Of a DNA stretch of 64,000 nucleotides, positions 29,819-38,323 are shown piece by piece. The notes under the pieces were generated by a model, which saw only the letters and a program-made list of their open reading frames with translations, did no database searches and had not been told where the DNA came from. Position 1 is the stretch's first letter; every line of letters starts with the position of its first letter. The stretch covers positions 113,054 to 177,053 of the forward strand of contig JAVJSW010000004.1 of NCBI GenBank assembly GCA_040219255.1. The letters are read 5' to 3'. Position numbers and translations under genes: made by a program. The DNA is from Sumerlaeia bacterium (GTDB taxonomy: Bacteria; Sumerlaeota; Sumerlaeia; SLMS01; JAHLLQ01).

Positions 29819-30013
29819 GACGGCGACTCTCTTTCTGTGATTGGGGAATCGGAGTGCGGTTCGAAGGCCGATGAGCAAGGCGGCAATGGAACGATTTCCC
29901 GGGGATTTGGAGACAGGTTCGCCAGACGCGGAAAACCCGGGGAGAGAAACAGAGCAGAAAACACCACGCGCCGCGGGTTTGCAAATCAAAAGGACCGCTC
30001 CGATCCGATGAAC

Positions 30014-30031
30014 AACGTTCACGATAACGTT
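30014..30031. promoter_or_regulatory. operator-like site AACGTTCACGATAACGTT
   Basis: It lies about 200 nt upstream of the minus-strand pseudopilin ATG. On the minus strand it is flanked by a perfect TTGACA (plus-strand coordinates 30038-30043). Confidence 0.45.
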
Positions 30032-30225
30032 CCGGCTTGTCAAACGCAAAATCCCCGCGGGGGAACTTTTTCCCACCCCGGCGCCGGACGAGACTCCACC
30101 CCGCCTCCGCGTTGCCACTCAACCTGCGACTGGAACCAGAAACCGTTCTGCCGCGCCACGCCTTGGGACTCAGAGCCTGTGGCCCTCGCGAAGTCCAGGG
30201 CGTACCATTAGCGAGCGATGCGCTC

Positions 30226-30237
30226 GTTATCGCTAAC
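30226..30237. promoter_or_regulatory. operator-like site GTTATCGCTAAC
   Basis: It has one mismatch to GTTATCGATAAC. It lies in the divergent region between the pseudopilin operon and the giant operon, 252 nt upstream of ATG 30489. Confidence 0.4.
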
Positions 30238-30331
30238 TTTCCTATCCCCGTCAACTCCCCCACTGCTCGCTATGGACCGCTGCTTTGCCTGCCTCATCCC
30301 TCGCCTTCATCGCTTGGCTCCAGGGCGGAGT

Positions 30332-30357
30332 GTCGAACGTGGGCGTCGAACGTGGGC
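30332..30357. repeat. tandem direct repeat, 2 x 13 bp (GTCGAACGTGGGC)
   Basis: Two exact adjacent copies lie at 30332-30344 and 30345-30357, 132 nt upstream of ATG 30489. Confidence 0.9.
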
Positions 30358-30432
30358 GTGGGTAACGGAACCGAGGGCGGCTGGCGCGGCGCTGGACGAT
30401 GGCGGCTGGGAAAGTTTTTCCGGCATTTCCGC

Positions 30433-30448
30433 TTGCACATTCGTGCAA
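30433..30448. promoter_or_regulatory. 16-bp inverted repeat TTGCAC-attc-GTGCAA (candidate transcription-factor site)
   Basis: The 6-bp arms are perfect. It lies 41 nt upstream of ATG 30489. Confidence 0.3.
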
Positions 30449-30488
30449 ACCGGAGTGTTTGGGTCTTTCTTTCAAATGGAACCAAGCT

Positions 30489-33400
30489 ATGAAGCCCACG
30501 CGTTTGTTTCTGTGCACGGCCCTTATGGCCATTCTTGCGTCCACACTGGTCCGTGCGGAAGTCACTCAGAAGGTAGAACTTAGGCCGGGATGGAACCTCT
30601 ATTCGGCTTGGTTCGACTCTCCCGCTTTCGTCGACCCAGAGATTTATTTTTCTCCTTTGCTAGAGGGGACGGAGGGCACTAAGCCGCTCAAGCTGGCTTA
30701 TCGCTGGCGCAACACAACGCCAGACGGTGACCCGTTGGCCGCGGCGGATGGCGAGTGGTCGCTCTACGTTTTCGACATTCCGTCCTCGCTGCCCGACTTT
30801 CCGACGACCGCTGGGGCGTATCTGCTGGCGGATCCAGAATTCACGCAACTTGAGAAATATCAGGCCTATTGGCTTTACCTCGAACTGCCTGTCGACGAAG
30901 AGTCGGTCGATTTCGTGACGACCGGGACACTCGGCCCGGGGGCGGTGCATTTCGATCGGGGGTGGAATCTGCTGGGGTTGCCGCTGGGGGATTCCTTGGC
31001 GGTTTCGGGGACGCGGACTCAGATCGATTTCGAGTCGGTGCTGCGCGGGGCGCGCGACCGAATCGCCGAAGTGTACTACGTGGATTCCAATAACGGAACA
31101 GGATTTTATCCCGCCGAACCGATCGAAGGCGCCATCCCGGCGATCAGCACTTTTTTCTCCGGCAGTTTCGTTTCCGGTTCGGGCAATTGGTTTTACGCGA
31201 CGGAAGATTTCGATCTCACACCGAAACTGAGAACTGTCTTTCCGCCCGATTCGGATTTTCCTCCCGAGAACCTCAATGGTGCGCCGGTGGCTGACGACGT
31301 GGATCGCAATCGCTACCACAATGTCACGGGCATCATCGAGGACGGCGAGGATGTGCGCGACATCGTCTTCCGCTTTCAAGCGCTGGAAGCACTCGTCGAG
31401 GAAGTGCTGCCGGTGACGATCTCAAACCGGGGCACCCGTTCCGAGTTGGAGAACGCCGATCCCGAAGACGACGGCCAAGGTGTCCTGGCGTACCAGGTCA
31501 CGTGGCATCCGCTGCGGCCGGGATATACGACACCTCACGATCCGCTGACCACGCCGGCCGCAAGCGCCTACATCCCAGTGGACGACTTCAGCGAATTCCC
31601 GGAGGATTCACCGTTCCGCACCTGGCTGCGGGCTTTGCTGCCGACCGAGACGCGGGTGCTGCTGCCCGATGGGCGGGTCGACCCGGTGGTGGTTTCGCGG
31701 GCGCAGCCACTGAGCGAGAACCCGGTGACGGGCTTTTCCTCGACGGATATCAACGGCCTGACTCTCGTTGCGGATCGAGCCGGGCTGCCGGTGAATACCT
31801 CGACGGCGGATGTGGATTCGCAGGGGGCGCCCAAGCCGATCAACAATCTGCTCGCGCATGGCGAGTTGCACATTCACAGCAACGCGGCGCCGGTGAGGCG
31901 CGTTCGCGTGCGGGCGGAAGTCCCGCCCCTGGCCGGCACCTTCGAGGGCAAAGCCTACATCACGCGCATCAATGGCATTCCGGCCGATCCGGCCTTCTCG
32001 ATGGACATGTCGCTTTCGCTCTTCGAGGACGCGGAGCAGCGGCTGCGCGGCGTCATCGATTCGGAGCGCGTTCTGCTCTATCCAAAGGATGTGCCGATCA
32101 CCGGGACGAAGCTGACATCCGATGGAAACCGTTATGTCCTGACGGGGTCGTTCTTTCTCAACCCGGGCGACGTGAACCGCCACCCTTACGACCGCTACAA
32201 TCCATCGCTGTCTGACGATGGCACGGGCGATGTGGACTGGGATTTGGATGGGAAGTACGACCGCCTGAATCCGCTGCCATACCTGATCGAGCGCTCCATG
32301 ATTTTCTATGGCTACCGCGAGAGCGACCGGCTTCTGTCCGGCGAGTTCTCCGAAACGCTCGCCGGACTGACCGCCGAACCGATGAACCTGGAGGGCGTCT
32401 TCGAGGTCTTGCGTGTCAGTTACGAGGCGCGCAAGCGGGGCGAGTTGTCCTGGACCAACCCCCGCATTATCGCCATGGACGCCACAGGCCTTAGCCCTTT
32501 CGAGGAAATTCGCTCGACCGTGAAGGTGGACCGGCCTGTGCGCATCGACGATCTGACGGTGGAACTCGCCATCGACCATCCGCGGGTTGGCGATCTGGAA
32601 GTTTCCCTTCAGGCACCGGACCTGAATGAGTACGTGATCTTCGCCGTGGACGATTTCACCTCGGGCGGCGTCAACTTCGATGGCCGCACGGCAAACCTTT
32701 ACGAAGCCTTCAGCTCGGCGCCCACCGCGCCGCCCGGCTCTCTCCAGTACCGCAAGAACCGCACGCGGCGGGCTCCGGACCTGGGCAAGTTGAAGGGCGT
32801 CGTCGCGGGAAGCGCGACGCTCTACGGACGGGCCTCGATCAACGGCGAGGAAACCCCCAACGTCCCGGCGGCGCTGGACTCGTCCCAGACGGCTTGCTTC
32901 AGCCTGTTTTCCGAGTCCGGGGGCTTTCTCTGCGATCCCGCCGACCCCGGCTCCGAGCCCCCGGCGGCTCTTGCCATCGCCAACAATTCCCGCACCGTCC
33001 GCGTCAGTTCCTGGTACTTCCGCTCGGGCGCCTCCGAGGACGAAGTGACGGACTTGGTTTGCTCGACAGACGGCTTCGCGGCTCGCTACCTTTCGACCGG
33101 CGATCCACTGGAAGCGGGGTCCGTGATCGGTGTGGTGCTCAGGGCCGATCCCAATCCCATCGATCCAAACCCCAACGATGGCGACACCGCGACGACCACC
33201 AGTTGGCTCCTCGACATCGACACGTATCAGGCCGGACTGTCTTATCCACCGCAGCTCCTGGAATTCATCGAAGCCCGGACGCTGCCGACCTGCCAGGACA
33301 ACCTCGCCTTTCCCAATTTCTCCGCCGCACCCCAGGTCGAGGAACGAGCGGGCAGCTTGATCCTGAGCGCCCGCGACCGCAGCGGAGCCACCTTCCGCGG

Positions 33401-35237
33401 AGGCGCCCTCTGCGTCGTCTATTTCCGCGTCCTGCCAGTCGACGAACCGGAGCGGCAAACTTGGCTGAGGACGCCGCTGACTTTGCCGGCCGACAGCGTC
33501 ACGACCGCCGCGGTTTCGCTCGGCGGCGGGGGGAAATTGACCGACGTGAACCTGAATGGACTCAACATCACCCATCCCTCTATGGGGGACTTGACGCTCG
33601 AACTCGAGGCCCCCGGTGGCCAGCGCATTGTGCTGATGGACCGCGAAGGCGGCGACGGTGGCAATGCGGTCAACCTGACTTTCGACGATGAATCCGCCGA
33701 GTCGATCCTCGGCACCGCCGCGCCATTCACCGGACGTTTTCAGCCCCAGGAACCGCTCGCCTGTCTGATCGGGGCGGGCAACGCCACCGTTTGTGGTTTT
33801 GCCCAAGTCGAAACCGATGGCGAGGGTCAGTGGATTCTTCGCATCACCAATCACAACCAGACGCGTTCCGGAAAGCTGAATTCCTGGGGGCTGGAAGCCA
33901 ACCGGCGCTTGTCCCCGAATTACGCGGTGAACCTGACGGCGCCACCGACGCTCTGGACCTTGATCGTGCGCGACTCGGTGCAGGGCCCGGAAGACGCCGT
34001 CCCCAACCCGCGCCTGGTGCGCTGGGGCCTTCGCGTCAGCACCAGCGGCGGCCAGATCAAGGGCACCGTGGTCAACGAGTCAGGCAGCCCCGTGCGCGAC
34101 GCCCGCGTCTCCCTTGTAGGACGGGAAGTCATCCCCGAACGCGTCACCGCCTCCGACGGCTCCTTCAGCTTCGACGCGGAATTCGGCATCTACACCCTCA
34201 CGGTCTCGCATCCGGATTACCAGCAGGCCTCCGTGACTCGGCGCTTCTTCGAAAACGACAGTGCCGATTCGCAGGTCCTGGACGTCGGTGAGGTCACTCT
34301 CCTCCGCCGCCAGGGCTTCGAGGAAGCGGGACGCTACGCGCTGACGGTTCAGCCCTACGAGGCGTGGGTTCTGGCCGAGGATACCGCGGAAACCGCCTAC
34401 GACGAGTCCACCACGGAGGTGCGCATCGAGTTCAAGGTGCCCTCCGGCGCGGATCTCGGCGTCCATACGATGACGGTCTACGCGTTCGATGGCGCCACCA
34501 CATCGCCGGTTTCGCTGACGGTGACTTCGTTGGATGGTTCCTCGTCCCAGACAGCCACGACCATCGCGGGCGGCATGCGGGAGATCTACGCAGGAACCGC
34601 CAAGTTCGGTGCGGGCGTCTATGCCTTCACCATCCAGACGAATCAGCCCACCTTCCCGGGTCTGGCCACTAGCGAAGTCGCCGCGCCTCTGCCCCTCACC
34701 GTCCACAGCACCCAGGGACAAGGGTCGAAGAACTGGTGGATCAACCGCTATGCGTTCTATACCGGGACTAGCGACCCCATCGGCGACAAGAACCCCGCCA
34801 ACACGCCCAACGATCCGGCTCAGTGGAATTACTTCCTGCGCGACACGGCAGGATTCGATCTCGACCGGCCATCGGTCGCGGTGGCCGGAAACACCGTGTC
34901 GCCCTATCCGGCGGCGGCCTACTCGACGCAAATCGACCCGCAGGACAGCGAGAGCTTCGCCTACGAAGACGATCTGGATGTCTTCCCCAACCCAAGCCCC
35001 GACGGAAGCCCCAACCCCGACGGGCGCTACGATCCTTATCCCAGAAATCCGGACGGCGGGCAGCTTCGTTGGCGAGCCTTCCTGTCCTTCAATTCTCAAA
35101 TCGTCGGCAGTTCCTTCGGCACTCTTCAGGAGCGGCGCCCCGCCGGCCAGGAAGCGGCGCCCCAGGTCGGGACGATCTTCTTCAGCGGCGCCATGCCCCT
35201 ATTCGCTATCCAGGAACGAGAGGACTCAACTCCGTGA
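30489..35237 (+). CDS. giant secreted protein (1582 aa) with two GWNL...W modules, two to three proprotein-convertase P-domain-like modules and a CarboxypepD_reg-like module
   Basis: The signal peptide is MKPTRLFLCTALMAILASTLVRAEV. The P-domain-like segments are DDLTVELAIDHPRVGDLEVSLQAPD and ITHPSMGDLTLELEAPGGQRIVLMD...GQWILRITNHNQTRSGKLNSWGLE. The CarboxypepD_reg-like segment is GQIKGTVVNESGSPVRDARVSL. Confidence 0.75.
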   Translation: MKPTRLFLCTALMAILASTLVRAEVTQKVELRPGWNLYSAWFDSPAFVDPEIYFSPLLEGTEGTKPLKLAYRWRNTTPDGDPLAAADGEWSLYVFDIPSSLPDFPTTAGAYLLADPEFTQLEKYQAYWLYLELPVDEESVDFVTTGTLGPGAVHFDRGWNLLGLPLGDSLAVSGTRTQIDFESVLRGARDRIAEVYYVDSNNGTGFYPAEPIEGAIPAISTFFSGSFVSGSGNWFYATEDFDLTPKLRTVFPPDSDFPPENLNGAPVADDVDRNRYHNVTGIIEDGEDVRDIVFRFQALEALVEEVLPVTISNRGTRSELENADPEDDGQGVLAYQVTWHPLRPGYTTPHDPLTTPAASAYIPVDDFSEFPEDSPFRTWLRALLPTETRVLLPDGRVDPVVVSRAQPLSENPVTGFSSTDINGLTLVADRAGLPVNTSTADVDSQGAPKPINNLLAHGELHIHSNAAPVRRVRVRAEVPPLAGTFEGKAYITRINGIPADPAFSMDMSLSLFEDAEQRLRGVIDSERVLLYPKDVPITGTKLTSDGNRYVLTGSFFLNPGDVNRHPYDRYNPSLSDDGTGDVDWDLDGKYDRLNPLPYLIERSMIFYGYRESDRLLSGEFSETLAGLTAEPMNLEGVFEVLRVSYEARKRGELSWTNPRIIAMDATGLSPFEEIRSTVKVDRPVRIDDLTVELAIDHPRVGDLEVSLQAPDLNEYVIFAVDDFTSGGVNFDGRTANLYEAFSSAPTAPPGSLQYRKNRTRRAPDLGKLKGVVAGSATLYGRASINGEETPNVPAALDSSQTACFSLFSESGGFLCDPADPGSEPPAALAIANNSRTVRVSSWYFRSGASEDEVTDLVCSTDGFAARYLSTGDPLEAGSVIGVVLRADPNPIDPNPNDGDTATTTSWLLDIDTYQAGLSYPPQLLEFIEARTLPTCQDNLAFPNFSAAPQVEERAGSLILSARDRSGATFRGGALCVVYFRVLPVDEPERQTWLRTPLTLPADSVTTAAVSLGGGGKLTDVNLNGLNITHPSMGDLTLELEAPGGQRIVLMDREGGDGGNAVNLTFDDESAESILGTAAPFTGRFQPQEPLACLIGAGNATVCGFAQVETDGEGQWILRITNHNQTRSGKLNSWGLEANRRLSPNYAVNLTAPPTLWTLIVRDSVQGPEDAVPNPRLVRWGLRVSTSGGQIKGTVVNESGSPVRDARVSLVGREVIPERVTASDGSFSFDAEFGIYTLTVSHPDYQQASVTRRFFENDSADSQVLDVGEVTLLRRQGFEEAGRYALTVQPYEAWVLAEDTAETAYDESTTEVRIEFKVPSGADLGVHTMTVYAFDGATTSPVSLTVTSLDGSSSQTATTIAGGMREIYAGTAKFGAGVYAFTIQTNQPTFPGLATSEVAAPLPLTVHSTQGQGSKNWWINRYAFYTGTSDPIGDKNPANTPNDPAQWNYFLRDTAGFDLDRPSVAVAGNTVSPYPAAAYSTQIDPQDSESFAYEDDLDVFPNPSPDGSPNPDGRYDPYPRNPDGGQLRWRAFLSFNSQIVGSSFGTLQERRPAGQEAAPQVGTIFFSGAMPLFAIQEREDSTP

Positions 35238-38200
35238 TTTCCCTTCGCACATGTCTTGCCGTGGCGCTTCTGGCGCTGCCGCTGTCGCTCTCGGCACAGC
35301 CCCGGTCCCTCGATGACATCGAGACGGACCTGGAGGACGCCCGCACCTATCGCCTCGGCTATCCGCTCGACAAGAGCCGGTCGGCCCTGCGCGAGGAATG
35401 GCGCGGTCAGGATCGCTTCTCCACCTTCGTCACGCTCCGCCGCGAGGTGCAGGACTACCTGCTCTCGCCCCCCGATGGCACCACGGACGCGGACCGTGAG
35501 CGGGCGCTGCGTATCCTTCGCGAGTGCGTGAACGAATCGCTGTCCGGTCAGCTCCAGGTCGGCAACGAGCAGCTCCTCAACGCCGGGCGGCGCAAGTTCC
35601 CGTCGGTCATTTCGCCCGCCTCGCTCGAGCAGCTCCGCGCCCCCTACGACGAACGCGACGAGTGGAAGGAACTGGCCCTGGCCGCCGCCGAGTTCGACAT
35701 GAGCATCCTTGAGGCCCTCGACGCCGTGCGGTCCGTTCCCGAGTCCAAGCTGCCCCTGGGCGAGGCCCGGGTTCTAAGAAGCCGCGGCGGCGACGAAACG
35801 ATCAATACCCCGGCGGAAGGCTTCCCCACCTATACGATCATCGATCAGCCGGAATTCGAAGCCGCCAACAGCCAGTTCATCCGCACGGAAGCCAACCTGC
35901 TGACGGGGACGCTGTCGCGCCGCGGGCTGGCGGCGTCCGCGCTGGTGGACCGGATGCGGCGGCTGGCCTATCGCGCCAACAACGAGGTGGAAGGCCGCCA
36001 GCGCCACGGCGAGCAAGGCGAGAAGCGCAAGGAAGAGTACAACCGCCTCGCCATGGAGCGCGCCAAACGCGACGGCCAGTTGATGTTCTACTCGGGCCTG
36101 ATCCTGCGCAGTCAGCTCCAGGCCACCAGCGGCGATGTGAACCGCGACGACTTCAAACTGCACAATGGCGACAAGCTCTTCGCGTCGATGAGCCAGCTCA
36201 ACATTCTCTTCAAGGACATCCGCGACGGCCGGCCGCCCACCGGCATCGCCGACCAATTCGTCCCCAGCCCCAACAAACGCGTCGGCGGCCAGCAAGGCTA
36301 CCTGAGCGACGCCATCACCTCCGTCAGCCGCGCCAAGGAAAGCCAGCAACTGGCCGAAGCCCGCCTGAACCAATTCCAGCAGGCCCAAGTCAGCCAGGTG
36401 GAACGCAACCGCGGCATCCGCGAGCAGTACCTCACCCAAATCGGCCAACTGACCGGCTTCCTGGTGGACGCGGACGCCGGCGTGCTGGCCGATCCGCTGG
36501 ATGAGGGGCGGGTGTTTACGCTGAGTTCGGCGGAGGATCGGGGGGAATTCCTGGATCTGTTGGATGAGCGGATAGAAGAGGCCACGAATCAACTGCGAGA
36601 AGGTTCGGGTCAAACGGTCGTCGCACAATTGGGAACGATCGGTTCAGCGCTTGTCAGAAGGCAACAGACGTTTATTTCAGCGGAACTTGCACAGGAAAAA
36701 GTCAATCAAATCGGATCATCTATTGGCCGAATTGAACAAAAGACCCAACGAGCAAATGCAACGACGGAAAAGTACACACAAAAGAGAAATGTCAATGCGC
36801 TCATCATCGGTGTTTTGCAATCTGTATACGACGGCATTATTGCCGGCAAGCCCGACAACCCCTTCAATGCCAGCCCGTCGGCTAGCATCGCCGCAGGGGC
36901 AAGAACTTTCCTAGGCACGATTGACCGAATATCGGGAAACCTAATTTCGCAGTCGGAATCCATCGAGTTTCGGAATTTGGATAGCGAGTTTCAGATCAAA
37001 GAGATTCTGGGTGGAGTTCGATCTTCTGAGCTTGAGGTCGATATTCAACTTAGTTCCTCCACCCAAGCCTCCCTCGAAATCGATCAACTCCGCCGCCAAA
37101 TCTCCGACCTCGTCGAAAACCTCAACATCTACCGCGTCGAGACCTCGGAACTTTGGTATCTCGATCCCTCCCTCGAACGCGAAAAGGAAGACGCGGAAAT
37201 CCAGGCCGATCTCGATCTGCAGGATTGCCTCGCCACACTTTACGATCTGACGCGGGCGCTCGAGTTCTACTGGACCGAGGACTTCCAGAACCCGGTGCAG
37301 ACCATCGACGGCGGCATTGTGACGCTGCCGAACTTTGCCAACGATTTCACGGAAATCGACGATCTCTATGCCATCACGGACGCCTTCGACGCGGAGAAAT
37401 ACCTGAACGCCGTGGGCTTCAACCTCAGCGCCGGCAGCGCCGCCGGCTGGGACAGCACGCTGCGGGCGTTGCGCCAGTCGGTCCCGGCCACCAACCAGAC
37501 GGTGCTGCTGTCGCTGCGCAAGGACATCCTCGGCTTCGTCGTGCCGGAACGCGTTTACTGGGACGTGGCCCTGGACCGGCCCGGCGATAAACTGGTGCAG
37601 ATTCACGAGGCCGGGCACATCCTCTCGGGCTTTGAAAACGCCTACGCCTATTACGAAAACGAGGCCATCACCAAGTTCCGCGACGCCCTCCACAGCGGCC
37701 GCCGCGACGCCTGGGAATTCGCCTTTGGCACGGGACGCGACCCCCAGCGCTTCCGCCCCGGGTTCGAGATGGTTTTCAGCACCAACGAGAAGTCGGCCTA
37801 TTACTACGACGCCCGCGAGTGGAACGCCCGCATCGAAACCATCCAGGTGGACGTGCGCACAGAAGGCGGGTTCCTCCCCCCCGGCCAGGAAGAAAACTTC
37901 ATCCGCCTGAACCTGATCCAGGAAGGCACGGTGAAGTTCCGCCGCTCCTTCCCGCTCGAACTCTCCGACGCGCAGTTCGATGTGTACCAGACCGAGTTCC
38001 GCTATCGTTCGGACCGGCTCCGGGTTTCGCCCTATGAATTCCCGGTCCACGCCAGCGTCAACGGCAGCACCGGCCAGTTCGGCGGTCAAGTCACCCCGCT
38101 GCCGTATTTCTTCAGCCCCATCTGCAGCAGTTGGCGGGTGGTTCTCGATCCGCTCTCGCACACGGCGAACAACTACGCCGACATCAACAAAATCAAAGAC

Positions 38201-38260
38201 ATCCGTCTGATCATGACGCTGCGGTCGGGCATCCCTCCGACCCTGGCGGAAGGACTGTAA
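35234..38260 (+). CDS. secreted 1008-aa predominantly alpha-helical/coiled-coil protein, no recognised domain
   Basis: GTG at 35234 overlaps the upstream stop (GTGA). The signal peptide is VISLRTCLAVALLALPLSLSAQ. It has long Glu/Arg/Leu/Gln-rich helical stretches. Confidence 0.65.
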   Translation: MISLRTCLAVALLALPLSLSAQPRSLDDIETDLEDARTYRLGYPLDKSRSALREEWRGQDRFSTFVTLRREVQDYLLSPPDGTTDADRERALRILRECVNESLSGQLQVGNEQLLNAGRRKFPSVISPASLEQLRAPYDERDEWKELALAAAEFDMSILEALDAVRSVPESKLPLGEARVLRSRGGDETINTPAEGFPTYTIIDQPEFEAANSQFIRTEANLLTGTLSRRGLAASALVDRMRRLAYRANNEVEGRQRHGEQGEKRKEEYNRLAMERAKRDGQLMFYSGLILRSQLQATSGDVNRDDFKLHNGDKLFASMSQLNILFKDIRDGRPPTGIADQFVPSPNKRVGGQQGYLSDAITSVSRAKESQQLAEARLNQFQQAQVSQVERNRGIREQYLTQIGQLTGFLVDADAGVLADPLDEGRVFTLSSAEDRGEFLDLLDERIEEATNQLREGSGQTVVAQLGTIGSALVRRQQTFISAELAQEKVNQIGSSIGRIEQKTQRANATTEKYTQKRNVNALIIGVLQSVYDGIIAGKPDNPFNASPSASIAAGARTFLGTIDRISGNLISQSESIEFRNLDSEFQIKEILGGVRSSELEVDIQLSSSTQASLEIDQLRRQISDLVENLNIYRVETSELWYLDPSLEREKEDAEIQADLDLQDCLATLYDLTRALEFYWTEDFQNPVQTIDGGIVTLPNFANDFTEIDDLYAITDAFDAEKYLNAVGFNLSAGSAAGWDSTLRALRQSVPATNQTVLLSLRKDILGFVVPERVYWDVALDRPGDKLVQIHEAGHILSGFENAYAYYENEAITKFRDALHSGRRDAWEFAFGTGRDPQRFRPGFEMVFSTNEKSAYYYDAREWNARIETIQVDVRTEGGFLPPGQEENFIRLNLIQEGTVKFRRSFPLELSDAQFDVYQTEFRYRSDRLRVSPYEFPVHASVNGSTGQFGGQVTPLPYFFSPICSSWRVVLDPLSHTANNYADINKIKDIRLIMTLRSGIPPTLAEGL

Positions 38261-38323
38261 CGCGCCACCATGCCCCTCGCCCAATCCACACCCCCAAGCG
38301 ACCCATCACAGGAGTCCCCCATC

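Noticed and set aside
34823-35233. 137-codon upstream extension of protein B overlapping the end of protein A.
   Set aside because: The extension is Arg/Pro-rich low-complexity in an alternative frame of gene A. A GTG at 35234 gives a textbook signal peptide and a GTGA coupling overlap.
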